Below, piece by piece: positions 15,283 to 23,006 of a stretch of DNA of 32,000 bases. A model generated the notes under the pieces. That model ran no database searches and was not told where the DNA came from. It worked only from the letters and a program-made list of their open reading frames with translations. Made by a program: the position numbers and the translations under genes. The stretch comes from Erysipelotrichaceae bacterium MTC7 (lineage in GTDB: Bacteria; Bacillota_I; Bacilli_A; Erysipelotrichales; Erysipelotrichaceae), in the NCBI GenBank assembly GCA_001695645.1, contig LVZN01000034.1, positions 1-32,000 of the forward strand, given 5' to 3'. Each line of letters opens with the position of its first letter. The first letter of the stretch is position 1.

Positions 15283-16478
15283 TATTGTTGGCTTTCCTTT
15301 TTACGTTTTCGGTAATTTCTTTGAGCAGTGGCGTTTCCACATTCCGGGCAACAATATTTATTCCTTGTGGATGTCGTCTTTACTAAGAAATATTGATTGC
15401 AGTTTGGGTTTGCACATAGTCTATATAATTCTAATCCGGGTTTCATATAAAAAATTGAAAAGTAGATTGCTCCCATAAGCGAATCTACACGCCATGATGG
15501 TGACATAGTTGCGACATTGTACTGTGGATGAATACCATTTAAGTTTTCATTGATTTCTTCACCAATAATTAATCGAGCAATATCAATAAGAGCATTTTTC
15601 ATGTGGTCATTGAACTTTGTCTTGTCTGGTTGCGAGTAATATTGAATACCGTTTTCATAATCAAAGGATTTAATAATCCCTACCTCATATTGATAATGAA
15701 ATAAAAAATCTGTAATTAGTCGAATAGAATGGTCAGCATTTGGCTTATTACAGTAGAGATTAACCACTGCCTTAAATCGTTTGCTATCAGAACCAGGTTT
15801 AGATGTCATATAGCCACCCATGATATCATTATAGTCATTTATGTCCAGTTCATATGTCGGTTGATAAATGGTGTCTGTGATTGTATATGTATCCTTATCA
15901 AAAGCCTCCTGCCCTCTGTCTACTATTTGTAGATAGGGGGCATTTTCTATTTCATCATAAAATGGATGTCTGCAAGTAGTGTAAGGCTCTCTCAGACTCA
16001 TCACATTAATTGAAACAGGATCTGAAAGTAGTAGATATAAAGTTAAATGCAATATATCTTGATAGTTTTTTCTAGGTTCTTCAATTGCGCTCATTAATCT
16101 AACTGTTGCTTTAATTCGATAGACTAATTCTAACATTGTATGAGCATCTACAGATTCATATTCACAATCACTGATGGGAAATAAAAAGCCATTCTTTTTG
16201 AAAAAGTCAAAAAGCACATCAATATTCCCATTTGGTAAAGAAATCAATGACGATAGAATATTTTTCTCTTCTATAGATCCTGTGCTTGCCAATCTTAAGA
16301 GACCTTCCTTTGCAGCGAAAGCAAAGCGAATCCTTTTTGTTGGCAGGCTTTGTAATTTAAGCGTCGTTATCGGTTCGACTCCAGGAGCAATATGTTCTAT
16401 ATCTTTTACACAGTCACAAGAATAGCTTTCATATCTAAATAAATTATTTTCAAAAAAATCTTCCCTATTTGTCTCCAT
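15282..16478 (-). CDS. 398-aa protein of unknown function with a C-terminal CGNR-type zinc ribbon
   Basis: RBS GAGG lies 7-8 nt upstream. The C-terminus CANPNCNQYFLVKTTSTRNKYCCPECGNATAQRNYRKRKK fits the C-x2-C...C-x2-CGN + basic tail pattern of zf-CGNR. The N-terminal ~350 aa have no motif I recognise (possibly a DUF6076-like family, from memory). Confidence 0.8.
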   Translation of the reverse strand: METNREDFFENNLFRYESYSCDCVKDIEHIAPGVEPITTLKLQSLPTKRIRFAFAAKEGLLRLASTGSIEEKNILSSLISLPNGNIDVLFDFFKKNGFLFPISDCEYESVDAHTMLELVYRIKATVRLMSAIEEPRKNYQDILHLTLYLLLSDPVSINVMSLREPYTTCRHPFYDEIENAPYLQIVDRGQEAFDKDTYTITDTIYQPTYELDINDYNDIMGGYMTSKPGSDSKRFKAVVNLYCNKPNADHSIRLITDFLFHYQYEVGIIKSFDYENGIQYYSQPDKTKFNDHMKNALIDIARLIIGEEINENLNGIHPQYNVATMSPSWRVDSLMGAIYFSIFYMKPGLELYRLCANPNCNQYFLVKTTSTRNKYCCPECGNATAQRNYRKRKKESQQ

Positions 16479-16934
16479 AACTTAAACCTCATTTATATGA
16501 AATGTAATTATAAAAATAATATTTAGTAAAATTATCCAGAAGTAATAACTAAAAATATAATATAAAAAAATTATATCATTAAAAAGTAACTTTAACAATA
16601 ATGTCAAGCTGAAATTTTTGGTAAAGTAATACGAATTTTATCAAATTTACTTACTATTTAAAGGGCAATACAATAATTACAGACGGCGGACAAGTTCTTC
16701 GTAAGTAGCAAAATTCGATTGCTTCCCGTCTACAAAAAAATATCGAATGCCTGATTTGCAATAAGGGCAGAGGATACATATTGTTTCGCTCCAATCCGTA
16801 AGGATTGTTGCGGTGCAATAGAAGTACCTTACCTTATTGCGCTCATTTTCAGGATAAAAAGGTCTGTGTACTTCTGGTACAGGCCTATTTTTGTATCCTT
16901 TGCCGCCAATGCAATCCGGCGGAAAGGATGCAAA

Positions 16935-17468
16935 ATGAAAATTAGAATTCAGCACGAAAACAAATCTATCTATCTGGAGGTACCAGACGAGGACTTCACC
17001 TTAATGATTGAGGCGGATTATGAGGACAGGCTATCTTCTGCAGAGGACAAAGAAACCGTGACCCGGCGCTCTCCACAGGAGATAATGGACGAACGTTTCA
17101 ACAAGCCGGAATACAATAACTGGCACAAATTTGACAGACACAGAGGTATGCCAAAGAAACCATTCCGCAAGGATGACCAAGAGGTTGATGAAACCGACCA
17201 TATGGACTACTTCCCTGACTACTCAGTTGAAATGACTAGAGAGAAAAAAGAAGAGTATGAGCATATCTGTGAAATTATTCGCAAGGCTCTCAAGGAAAAA
17301 CAAGCGGAGCTACTGATTGCTATAGTCTTGGATGGTGTTTCGGTAACAGAGTATGCAGAACGTGAGGGGGTAAGTGTAAGTGCCATTTCCCACCGTTTAG
17401 ATACAGCTAAAAAGAATTTCAAAAAAATATATCCCAAATCCTCAACTTTCCCCTCTTGCCATGGCTAA
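16935..17468 (+). CDS. Sigma-70 region-4-type HTH protein (phage early regulator)
   Basis: The start is moved to the ATG at 16935 (RBS AAAGGA). The C-terminus KQAELLIAIVLDGVSVTEYAEREGVSVSAISHRLDTAKKNFKKI is a region-4-like HTH. Confidence 0.7.
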   Translation: MKIRIQHENKSIYLEVPDEDFTLMIEADYEDRLSSAEDKETVTRRSPQEIMDERFNKPEYNNWHKFDRHRGMPKKPFRKDDQEVDETDHMDYFPDYSVEMTREKKEEYEHICEIIRKALKEKQAELLIAIVLDGVSVTEYAEREGVSVSAISHRLDTAKKNFKKIYPKSSTFPSCHG

Positions 17469-17479
17469 TAGTTAGAGGG
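17436..17479 (+). promoter_or_regulatory. Bipartite conserved element, copy A: AAATCCTCAAC-N15-TGGCTAATAGTTAGAGGG
   Basis: It matches copy B (21740-21783) with identical 15-nt spacing. It lies 35 nt upstream of the next start codon. Confidence 0.5.
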
Positions 17480-17513
17480 CAGCACATAGACGCTCTCGGA
17501 AAGAGGTGAATAC

Positions 17514-17732
17514 ATGAAGCACAACTTGAAAATCAGTGTTTCAAAAAAACCACAGTCTGGCGGGATTGTTTCCTGTCGAAACGTCACCATTAGGGAGCGT
17601 TTCCTTCGTTTCTTACTTGGTGATAAGCAGAAACTGACCATCCTTGTTCCGGGTGACACCGTACAGGAACTCGCCATCAGTGAGATTAAGGAAGGAGGAA
17701 TAAGCCATGAGCAAGATCAAGCTACTCCTTGA
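17514..17732 (+). CDS. Small phage protein, unknown function
   Basis: RBS AAGAGGTG. It is a 72-aa ORF in operon context. Confidence 0.65.
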   Translation: MKHNLKISVSKKPQSGGIVSCRNVTIRERFLRFLLGDKQKLTILVPGDTVQELAISEIKEGGISHEQDQATP

Positions 17733-18030
17733 TGTGGTTTCCGATATGCGCTCTTTGGCAGACAGCATACAAGCGGTTGCTGATGTAATGGTGGGCAATG
17801 AACCTGTCGAAACAAAAGAACCGACTACAACTGTAAAAGAGCCTGAACCAAATAAAAAGGAAATCACTCTGGAAGAAGTCAGAGCAAAACTCGCTGAAAA
17901 GAGTCAAGCCGGTCTTACTGCCCAAGTAAGAGAAATAATTCAAAAATACGGTGGCTCTAAATTAAGCGAAGTGGACCCAAAACATTATGCAGATATGTTA
18001 AAAGATGCGGAGGTACTTGGGAATGAGTGA
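17707..18030 (+). CDS. Small phage protein, unknown function
   Basis: RBS GGAGGA. The 107-aa protein has an acidic/Pro-Thr linker. Its stop overlaps the next gene's start (ATGAGTGA). Confidence 0.7.
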   Translation: MSKIKLLLDVVSDMRSLADSIQAVADVMVGNEPVETKEPTTTVKEPEPNKKEITLEEVRAKLAEKSQAGLTAQVREIIQKYGGSKLSEVDPKHYADMLKDAEVLGNE

Positions 18031-19171
18031 TCATGCAGTTCTTTCCGCATCAGGCGCCCATAGGTGGCTGAATTGCCTTCCGTCTGCACGATTGGAACTG
18101 GAGTTTGTAAATAACGAATCCAGTGCAGCCGCTGAAGGCACCGCCGCCCATGCTCTCTGCGAACATAAACTTAAAAAAGCACTTCACATGAGAAGTAAGC
18201 GTCCTGTCTCAGTTTATAACTCCGATGAGATGGAAGAACACAGTGATGCCTATGTGGAATTTGTAATGGAACAGCTTGAGCTGGCAAAGCAGAGCTGCAC
18301 AGACCCTTTAATACTAATCGAACAGCGTCTTGATTTTTCTTGCTATGTTCCACAGGGATTTGGAACCGGTGACTGCATCATTATTGCCGATAAGAAACTT
18401 CACATTATCGATTTCAAGTATGGCATGGGAGTATTGGTAGATGCGGTGGACAATCCACAGATGAAGTTGTACGCACTGGGTGCTTTAGAAATTTACGATA
18501 GTTTGTACGACATCGAGGAAGTTTCCATGACCATTTTCCAGCCACGCAGAGAGAATGTCAGCACATGGACAATACGGGTAGAGGATCTGAAAGATTGGGC
18601 AGAAAAAGAACTAAAACCAAGGGCTAAAAAAGCTTATGACGGTGAAGGTGAATATCTTCCGGGTGAGTGGTGTACTTTCTGTCGAGCGGCAGCTAAATGC
18701 CGTGCTAGGGCCGAGGAAAAACTGAAATTGGCACAATCGGAATTCAAGCTACCCCCACTACTTACGGACTCTGAAATCGAGGAAGTTCTATCTAAACTGT
18801 CCGACCTTACGAAATGGGCAAATGAAATCATTGCATATGCCACCGATGCAGCTGTTAATCACGGGAAAGAGTGGCATGGTTTTAAGGTTGTTGAGGGCAG
18901 ATCTGTCCGCAAATACAAGGATGAAGATGCTGTGGCTGAAGTAGCCAAAGCAAACGGTTATAAAGATATCTTTCGTCAGAGTCTCATCACTCTTACGGAA
19001 ATGGAAAGGCTGATGGGCAAATCAAAATTTGAGAAGATACTCGGTGATCTTATATACAAGCCACCGGGAAAGCCGACTCTGGTCCCGCTATCGGATAAGC
19101 GTCCGGCTATGAACGTATCAAACGCAAAAAACGAATTTAACGAAATAACGGAGGAATGTGAATATGAATAA
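18023..19171 (+). CDS. DUF2800-family PD-(D/E)XK (Cas4-like) nuclease
   Basis: MSDHAVLSASGAHRWLNCLPS...AAEGTAAHALCEHKL, IIDFKYG, and the C-terminal Cys cluster CTFCRAAAKCRA. The start is set at the ATG at 18023. Confidence 0.85.
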   Translation: MSDHAVLSASGAHRWLNCLPSARLELEFVNNESSAAAEGTAAHALCEHKLKKALHMRSKRPVSVYNSDEMEEHSDAYVEFVMEQLELAKQSCTDPLILIEQRLDFSCYVPQGFGTGDCIIIADKKLHIIDFKYGMGVLVDAVDNPQMKLYALGALEIYDSLYDIEEVSMTIFQPRRENVSTWTIRVEDLKDWAEKELKPRAKKAYDGEGEYLPGEWCTFCRAAAKCRARAEEKLKLAQSEFKLPPLLTDSEIEEVLSKLSDLTKWANEIIAYATDAAVNHGKEWHGFKVVEGRSVRKYKDEDAVAEVAKANGYKDIFRQSLITLTEMERLMGKSKFEKILGDLIYKPPGKPTLVPLSDKRPAMNVSNAKNEFNEITEECEYE

Positions 19172-19712
19172 TAAAAACAGAACGAAGGTTATTACTGGTG
19201 TAAACACACGTCTCAGCTACTTTCATGGATGGGAACCGGTATCCATCAATGGTGGGGCAGAAAAGTATAGTGTATCGGTATTGATTCCTAAATCGGATAA
19301 GGAAACCATTAATGCCATCAATGCAGCAGTTGATGCGGCTATTGAAGAGGGCATTGCAAAGTTTGGCGGTAAAAAACCAAATAAGGCTGCTATCAAGCTA
19401 CCACTTCGAGATGGTGATGTAGAACGAGATGATGAGGCTTATAAAGGACATTATTTCGTAAATGCCAACAGCACTACTCCGCCTCAGATTGTAGATAAAA
19501 CAGTCAAGCCCATTCTGGATCGCAACGAGGTATACAGTGGTTGCTATGCAAGAGTGTCACTTAATTTCTATGCTTTCAATTCTAACGGTAACAAGGGTGT
19601 GGCCTGTGGACTTGGTAACATCCAAAAGATTAGAGATGGAGAGCCTTTAGGTAGCAGAACCACAGCGGCTGATGATTTCACCACAATTGAAGATGATGAT
19701 TTCCTAGCATAA
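19164..19712 (+). CDS. DUF2815-family protein (phage ssDNA-binding-like)
   Basis: TKVITGVNTRLSYFHGWEPVS...KYSVSVLIPKSDKETINAINAAV is the conserved family N-terminus. The ATG at 19164 lies 8 nt after GGAGGA. The track start at 19158 is a GTG too close to the RBS. Confidence 0.8.
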   Translation: MNNKNRTKVITGVNTRLSYFHGWEPVSINGGAEKYSVSVLIPKSDKETINAINAAVDAAIEEGIAKFGGKKPNKAAIKLPLRDGDVERDDEAYKGHYFVNANSTTPPQIVDKTVKPILDRNEVYSGCYARVSLNFYAFNSNGNKGVACGLGNIQKIRDGEPLGSRTTAADDFTTIEDDDFLA

Positions 19713-19729
19713 CAGCTAAAGTATGAATA

Positions 19730-19770
19730 CAAACGGGGTGGTGGAAGTTGTTCTTCTGCTACCTCGTTTG
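19730..19770 (+). other. 18-bp RNA hairpin upstream of the DNA polymerase gene
   Basis: CAAACGGGGTGGTGGAAG (19730-19747) pairs fully with CTTCTGCTACCTCGTTTG (19753-19770) around a 5-nt loop. Four of the pairs are G-U, so the structure works only for the + strand RNA. No U-tract follows. Confidence 0.6.
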
Positions 19771-19791
19771 CATTGGAAAGGGCGGTAATAC

Positions 19792-21726
19792 ATGAATTCT
19801 ATTTCTATTGATATTGAGACATTTAGTAGTGCCAATCTTCAAAAATGTGGAGTTTACCGTTATGCCGAGAGTGATGATTTTGAAATTCTGTTGTTTGGTT
19901 ATTCGGTTGATGGCGGTGCAGTTCAGGTGGTTGATCTTGCCTGTGGAGAGAAAATCCCAAATGAAATAATCAATGCTCTTATGGATAATTCCGTTACCAA
20001 ATGGGCCTTTAATGCTATGTTTGAGCGTGTTTGCCTATCAAAATGGCTTAACATTACTGATTATCTTGACCCTACATCCTGGAAATGTTCAATGGTATGG
20101 TCGGCTTATATGGGACTTCCGCTTTCTCTTGAAGGTGTCGGTGCAGTCTTAGGATTGGAAAAACAAAAATTGACGGAAGGCAAAGACCTCATTAAATATT
20201 TCTGTACACCTTGCTCCCCTACTAAATCAAACGGAGGACGAGTTCGTAATTTGCCAAAACACGATATTGATAAATGGGAGCGATTTAAAGCATATAACCT
20301 CCGTGATGTGGAAGCTGAGATGTCAATACAGCAGAGACTATCTAAATTCCCGCTTCCAGAGAATATATGGTCAGAATATCATCTTGACCAGAAAATCAAT
20401 GATCGTGGTATCGCTATTGACATGGCTTTTGTAAAACAAGCCGTCAAGATGGATGAACAGTCGCGGGAAAAGCTAATGGCTTTAATGCAGGATATAACTA
20501 ATTTAGAGAATCCAAACTCTGTACAACAAATGAAAGAATGGCTTGCTGATAACGGATTGGAAACAGATAGCCTTGGTAAAAAAGCGGTTGCTGAGATGTT
20601 AAAGACAGCACCTGAACCACTAGGCACCGTTTTGGAACTTCGTCAGCAGCTTGCAAAATCATCGATAAAAAAATACACGGCAATGGAGAATGCAGTATGT
20701 AATGATGGTCGTGCAAGAGGAATGTTTCAGTTTTATGGAGCAAACAGAACTGGTAGGTTTTCGGGCAGGCTTATTCAACTACAAAATCTCCCTCAAAACC
20801 ATATGCCTGATTTGGAACAGGCTCGTGCTTTAGTTCGTAGCGGAAACTTTGATGCTCTTACCTTACTTTATGATTCTATCCCGGAGGTACTGTCGGAACT
20901 TATCCGAACTGCTTTTATACCACAGGAGGGCATGAAGTTTATAGTTGCAGATTTTTCAGCGATTGAAGCTCGCGTTATCGCCTGGCTTGCGGGAGAAAAA
21001 TGGAGAATAGATGTATTCCAAAATGGTAGTGACATTTACTGTGCAAGTGCATCTCAGATGTTTAATGTGACTGTGGAGAAAAACGGTGTTAATGGACATC
21101 TTCGTCAGAAGGGAAAAATTGCTGAATTAGCCCTAGGTTACGGTGGATCTGTTGGAGCACTGAAATCAATGGGTGCTTTGGAGATGGGAATTGAAGAAGA
21201 GGAACTTCAACCTCTTGTAACGGCTTGGAGACAATCCAATCCCAATATTACAAAACTATGGTGGGATGTTGACCGCGCTGTAAAAACCTGCGTTAAGCAG
21301 AAAACTCCTACAGAAACACACGGTATTAAATTTATATATCAAAGTGGAATGCTCTTTATTGTCCTTCCTTCCGGCAGGCGGCTTTCCTATGTGAAACCTC
21401 GTATAGGAGAGAATGTATTTGGTGGTGAGTCAGTTACTTATGAAGGGGTTGGTGGGACAAAGAAATGGGAAAGAATCGAAAGCTATGGACCAAAATTTGT
21501 AGAGAATATTGTTCAGGCAATCAGCCGTGACATTTTGTGTTATGCCATGCAGACGTTAAAGAATTGTTCCATTGTAGCTCATGTACACGATGAAATTATA
21601 ATCGAAGCGGATATGAGTATGTCACTTACTACTATTTGTGAACAAATGGCTAGGACACCAACATGGGCAAAAGGACTGTTACTTAGTGCTGATGGCTATG
21701 AGTGTCAGTTTTATCAAAAAGATTAA
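19792..21726 (+). CDS. Family-A DNA polymerase with 3'-5' exonuclease domain
   Basis: Exo I ISIDIETFS; motif A DFSAIEARV; motif B RQKGKIAELALGYGGS; motif C HVHDEIIIE. Confidence 0.92.
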   Translation: MNSISIDIETFSSANLQKCGVYRYAESDDFEILLFGYSVDGGAVQVVDLACGEKIPNEIINALMDNSVTKWAFNAMFERVCLSKWLNITDYLDPTSWKCSMVWSAYMGLPLSLEGVGAVLGLEKQKLTEGKDLIKYFCTPCSPTKSNGGRVRNLPKHDIDKWERFKAYNLRDVEAEMSIQQRLSKFPLPENIWSEYHLDQKINDRGIAIDMAFVKQAVKMDEQSREKLMALMQDITNLENPNSVQQMKEWLADNGLETDSLGKKAVAEMLKTAPEPLGTVLELRQQLAKSSIKKYTAMENAVCNDGRARGMFQFYGANRTGRFSGRLIQLQNLPQNHMPDLEQARALVRSGNFDALTLLYDSIPEVLSELIRTAFIPQEGMKFIVADFSAIEARVIAWLAGEKWRIDVFQNGSDIYCASASQMFNVTVEKNGVNGHLRQKGKIAELALGYGGSVGALKSMGALEMGIEEEELQPLVTAWRQSNPNITKLWWDVDRAVKTCVKQKTPTETHGIKFIYQSGMLFIVLPSGRRLSYVKPRIGENVFGGESVTYEGVGGTKKWERIESYGPKFVENIVQAISRDILCYAMQTLKNCSIVAHVHDEIIIEADMSMSLTTICEQMARTPTWAKGLLLSADGYECQFYQKD

Positions 21727-21739
21727 ATATATTTTTTCA

Positions 21740-21783
21740 AAATCCTCAACATTCATTACCTCCTGTGGCTATTAGGTAGAGGG
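21740..21783 (+). promoter_or_regulatory. Bipartite conserved element, copy B: AAATCCTCAAC-N15-TGGCTATTAGGTAGAGGG
   Basis: Box 1 is identical to copy A, box 2 matches 16/18, and the spacing is the same. It lies 37 nt upstream of the antirepressor start. Confidence 0.5.
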
Positions 21784-21819
21784 GTTTCCTCTCTGACTAT
21801 ATTACAGGAGGTAATTCGT

Positions 21820-22572
21820 ATGGACGAATTAGTAAGAATCAACTATGAAAAAGACCGCCCCACAGTACTTGGCCGTGATTTACATGCAGTTTTGGAAGTG
21901 AAAACACCCTATGATAAATGGTTTCCAAGAATGTGTGAGTATGGATTTGTGGAGGGTACGGACTTTTCGACATTTCTGTCGGAAAGTACAGGTGGAAGAC
22001 CTGCTGTTGACCACCAAATAACAATTGATATGGCAAAAGAGCTATGCATGATACAGCGTACTCCAAAAGGAAAACAATGCCGCGGGTACTTTCTTGAAAT
22101 TGAAAGACGATGGAACTCACCAGAAGCAATCATGGCAAGGGCATTACAGTTTGCCAATCAGCAACTAAATCAAGTAAGGAATCAAAATAAATCACTTGAA
22201 GGTACGATTGCTGTTCAGAATCAGCAAATTGCGGAAATGAAACCGAAAGTCTCCTATTATGATGTAGTTCTAAATTGCAAAGACCTCATTTCTACATCAG
22301 CAATTGCCAAAGATTACGGTAAGTCAGCTATTTGGATGAACCGCTATCTTAATAAAAAGGGCATCCAATTTAAACAAGGTGGTATCTGGCTTTTATATCA
22401 GAAGTATGCAGAAAAAGGCTATACCAGCACCAAGACACATAGCTACATCGGTAGTAACGGTGAACTGCATACAAAAGTCCATACATATTGGACTCAAAAA
22501 GGCAGACTCTTCATTTACGAACTGTTGAAGGCAGATGGTATTTTGCCGCAGATAGAAGTGGAGGGTGTGTAA
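21820..22572 (+). CDS. Phage antirepressor (AntA N-terminal domain + KilAC/ANT C-terminal domain)
   Basis: RBS AGGAGG. N-terminus LGRDLHAVLEVKTPYDKWFPRMCEYGFVEGTDF...DMAKELCMIQRTPKGKQCRGYFLEIERRW. C-terminus VSYYDVVLNCKDLISTSAIAKDYGKSAIWMNRYL. Confidence 0.85.
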   Translation: MDELVRINYEKDRPTVLGRDLHAVLEVKTPYDKWFPRMCEYGFVEGTDFSTFLSESTGGRPAVDHQITIDMAKELCMIQRTPKGKQCRGYFLEIERRWNSPEAIMARALQFANQQLNQVRNQNKSLEGTIAVQNQQIAEMKPKVSYYDVVLNCKDLISTSAIAKDYGKSAIWMNRYLNKKGIQFKQGGIWLLYQKYAEKGYTSTKTHSYIGSNGELHTKVHTYWTQKGRLFIYELLKADGILPQIEVEGV

Positions 22573-23006
22573 TGGGAATTGATAAATTCAATCATGAAGG
22601 ATACCATGACCCAACTCCCCATGAGGCACTGACCAACATAATAAGAAAGAAAAAGGCAGAGAAAAAATCTGCCTTTAAGCCACTTGTATATATCTGTTCT
22701 CCTTATTCTGGTGATGTAGAAGGAAACATTAAAAAGGCTCGCAGTTTTTGCAGGTTTGCATTAGACCAAAACTGTATTCCGATTGCTCCCCACCTTATGT
22801 TTCCACAGTTTATGGATGATGAAAATCCAGAGGAACGGGAACTCGCCATATTTATGGACATCGTGCTTATGGGCAAATGCTCCGAGGTTTGGGTGCTAGG
22901 CAATACCATCTCAAGCGGGATGGCAAGGGAGATTGAAGTAGCCAAGAAACGCAGACAAACGGTTAGGTATTTTAGTCCGGAGCATGAGGAGGTCGAAAGC
23001 TTATGA
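22572..23006 (+). CDS. DUF4406 / nucleoside 2-deoxyribosyltransferase-like protein
   Basis: The ATG at 22572 overlaps the upstream stop (TAATG). LVYICSPYSGDVEGNIKKARSFCRFALDQNCIPIAPHLMF...EVWVLG..ISSGMAREIEVAKK fits the family pattern as I remember it. Confidence 0.6.
   Translation: MGIDKFNHEGYHDPTPHEALTNIIRKKKAEKKSAFKPLVYICSPYSGDVEGNIKKARSFCRFALDQNCIPIAPHLMFPQFMDDENPEERELAIFMDIVLMGKCSEVWVLGNTISSGMAREIEVAKKRRQTVRYFSPEHEEVESL

Noticed and set aside
11232-16425. Antisense ORFs within the R-M and CGNR genes (11232-11540, 13861-14208, 14274-14561, 15729-15932, 16174-16425)
   Set aside because: They are fully embedded in well-supported genes on the opposite strand and have no RBS.
16677-16955. 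92-aa minus-strand ORF at the prophage left edge (C-terminus CILCPYCKSGIRYFFVDGKQSNFATYEELVRRL)
   Set aside because: It overlaps the promoter, RBS and start of the plus-strand sigma-like gene, and its N-terminal half looks like translated non-coding sequence. It has no internal start or RBS and coincides with nested inverted repeats. I cannot exclude a short Cys-rich protein, so I left it uncalled rather than asserting it.
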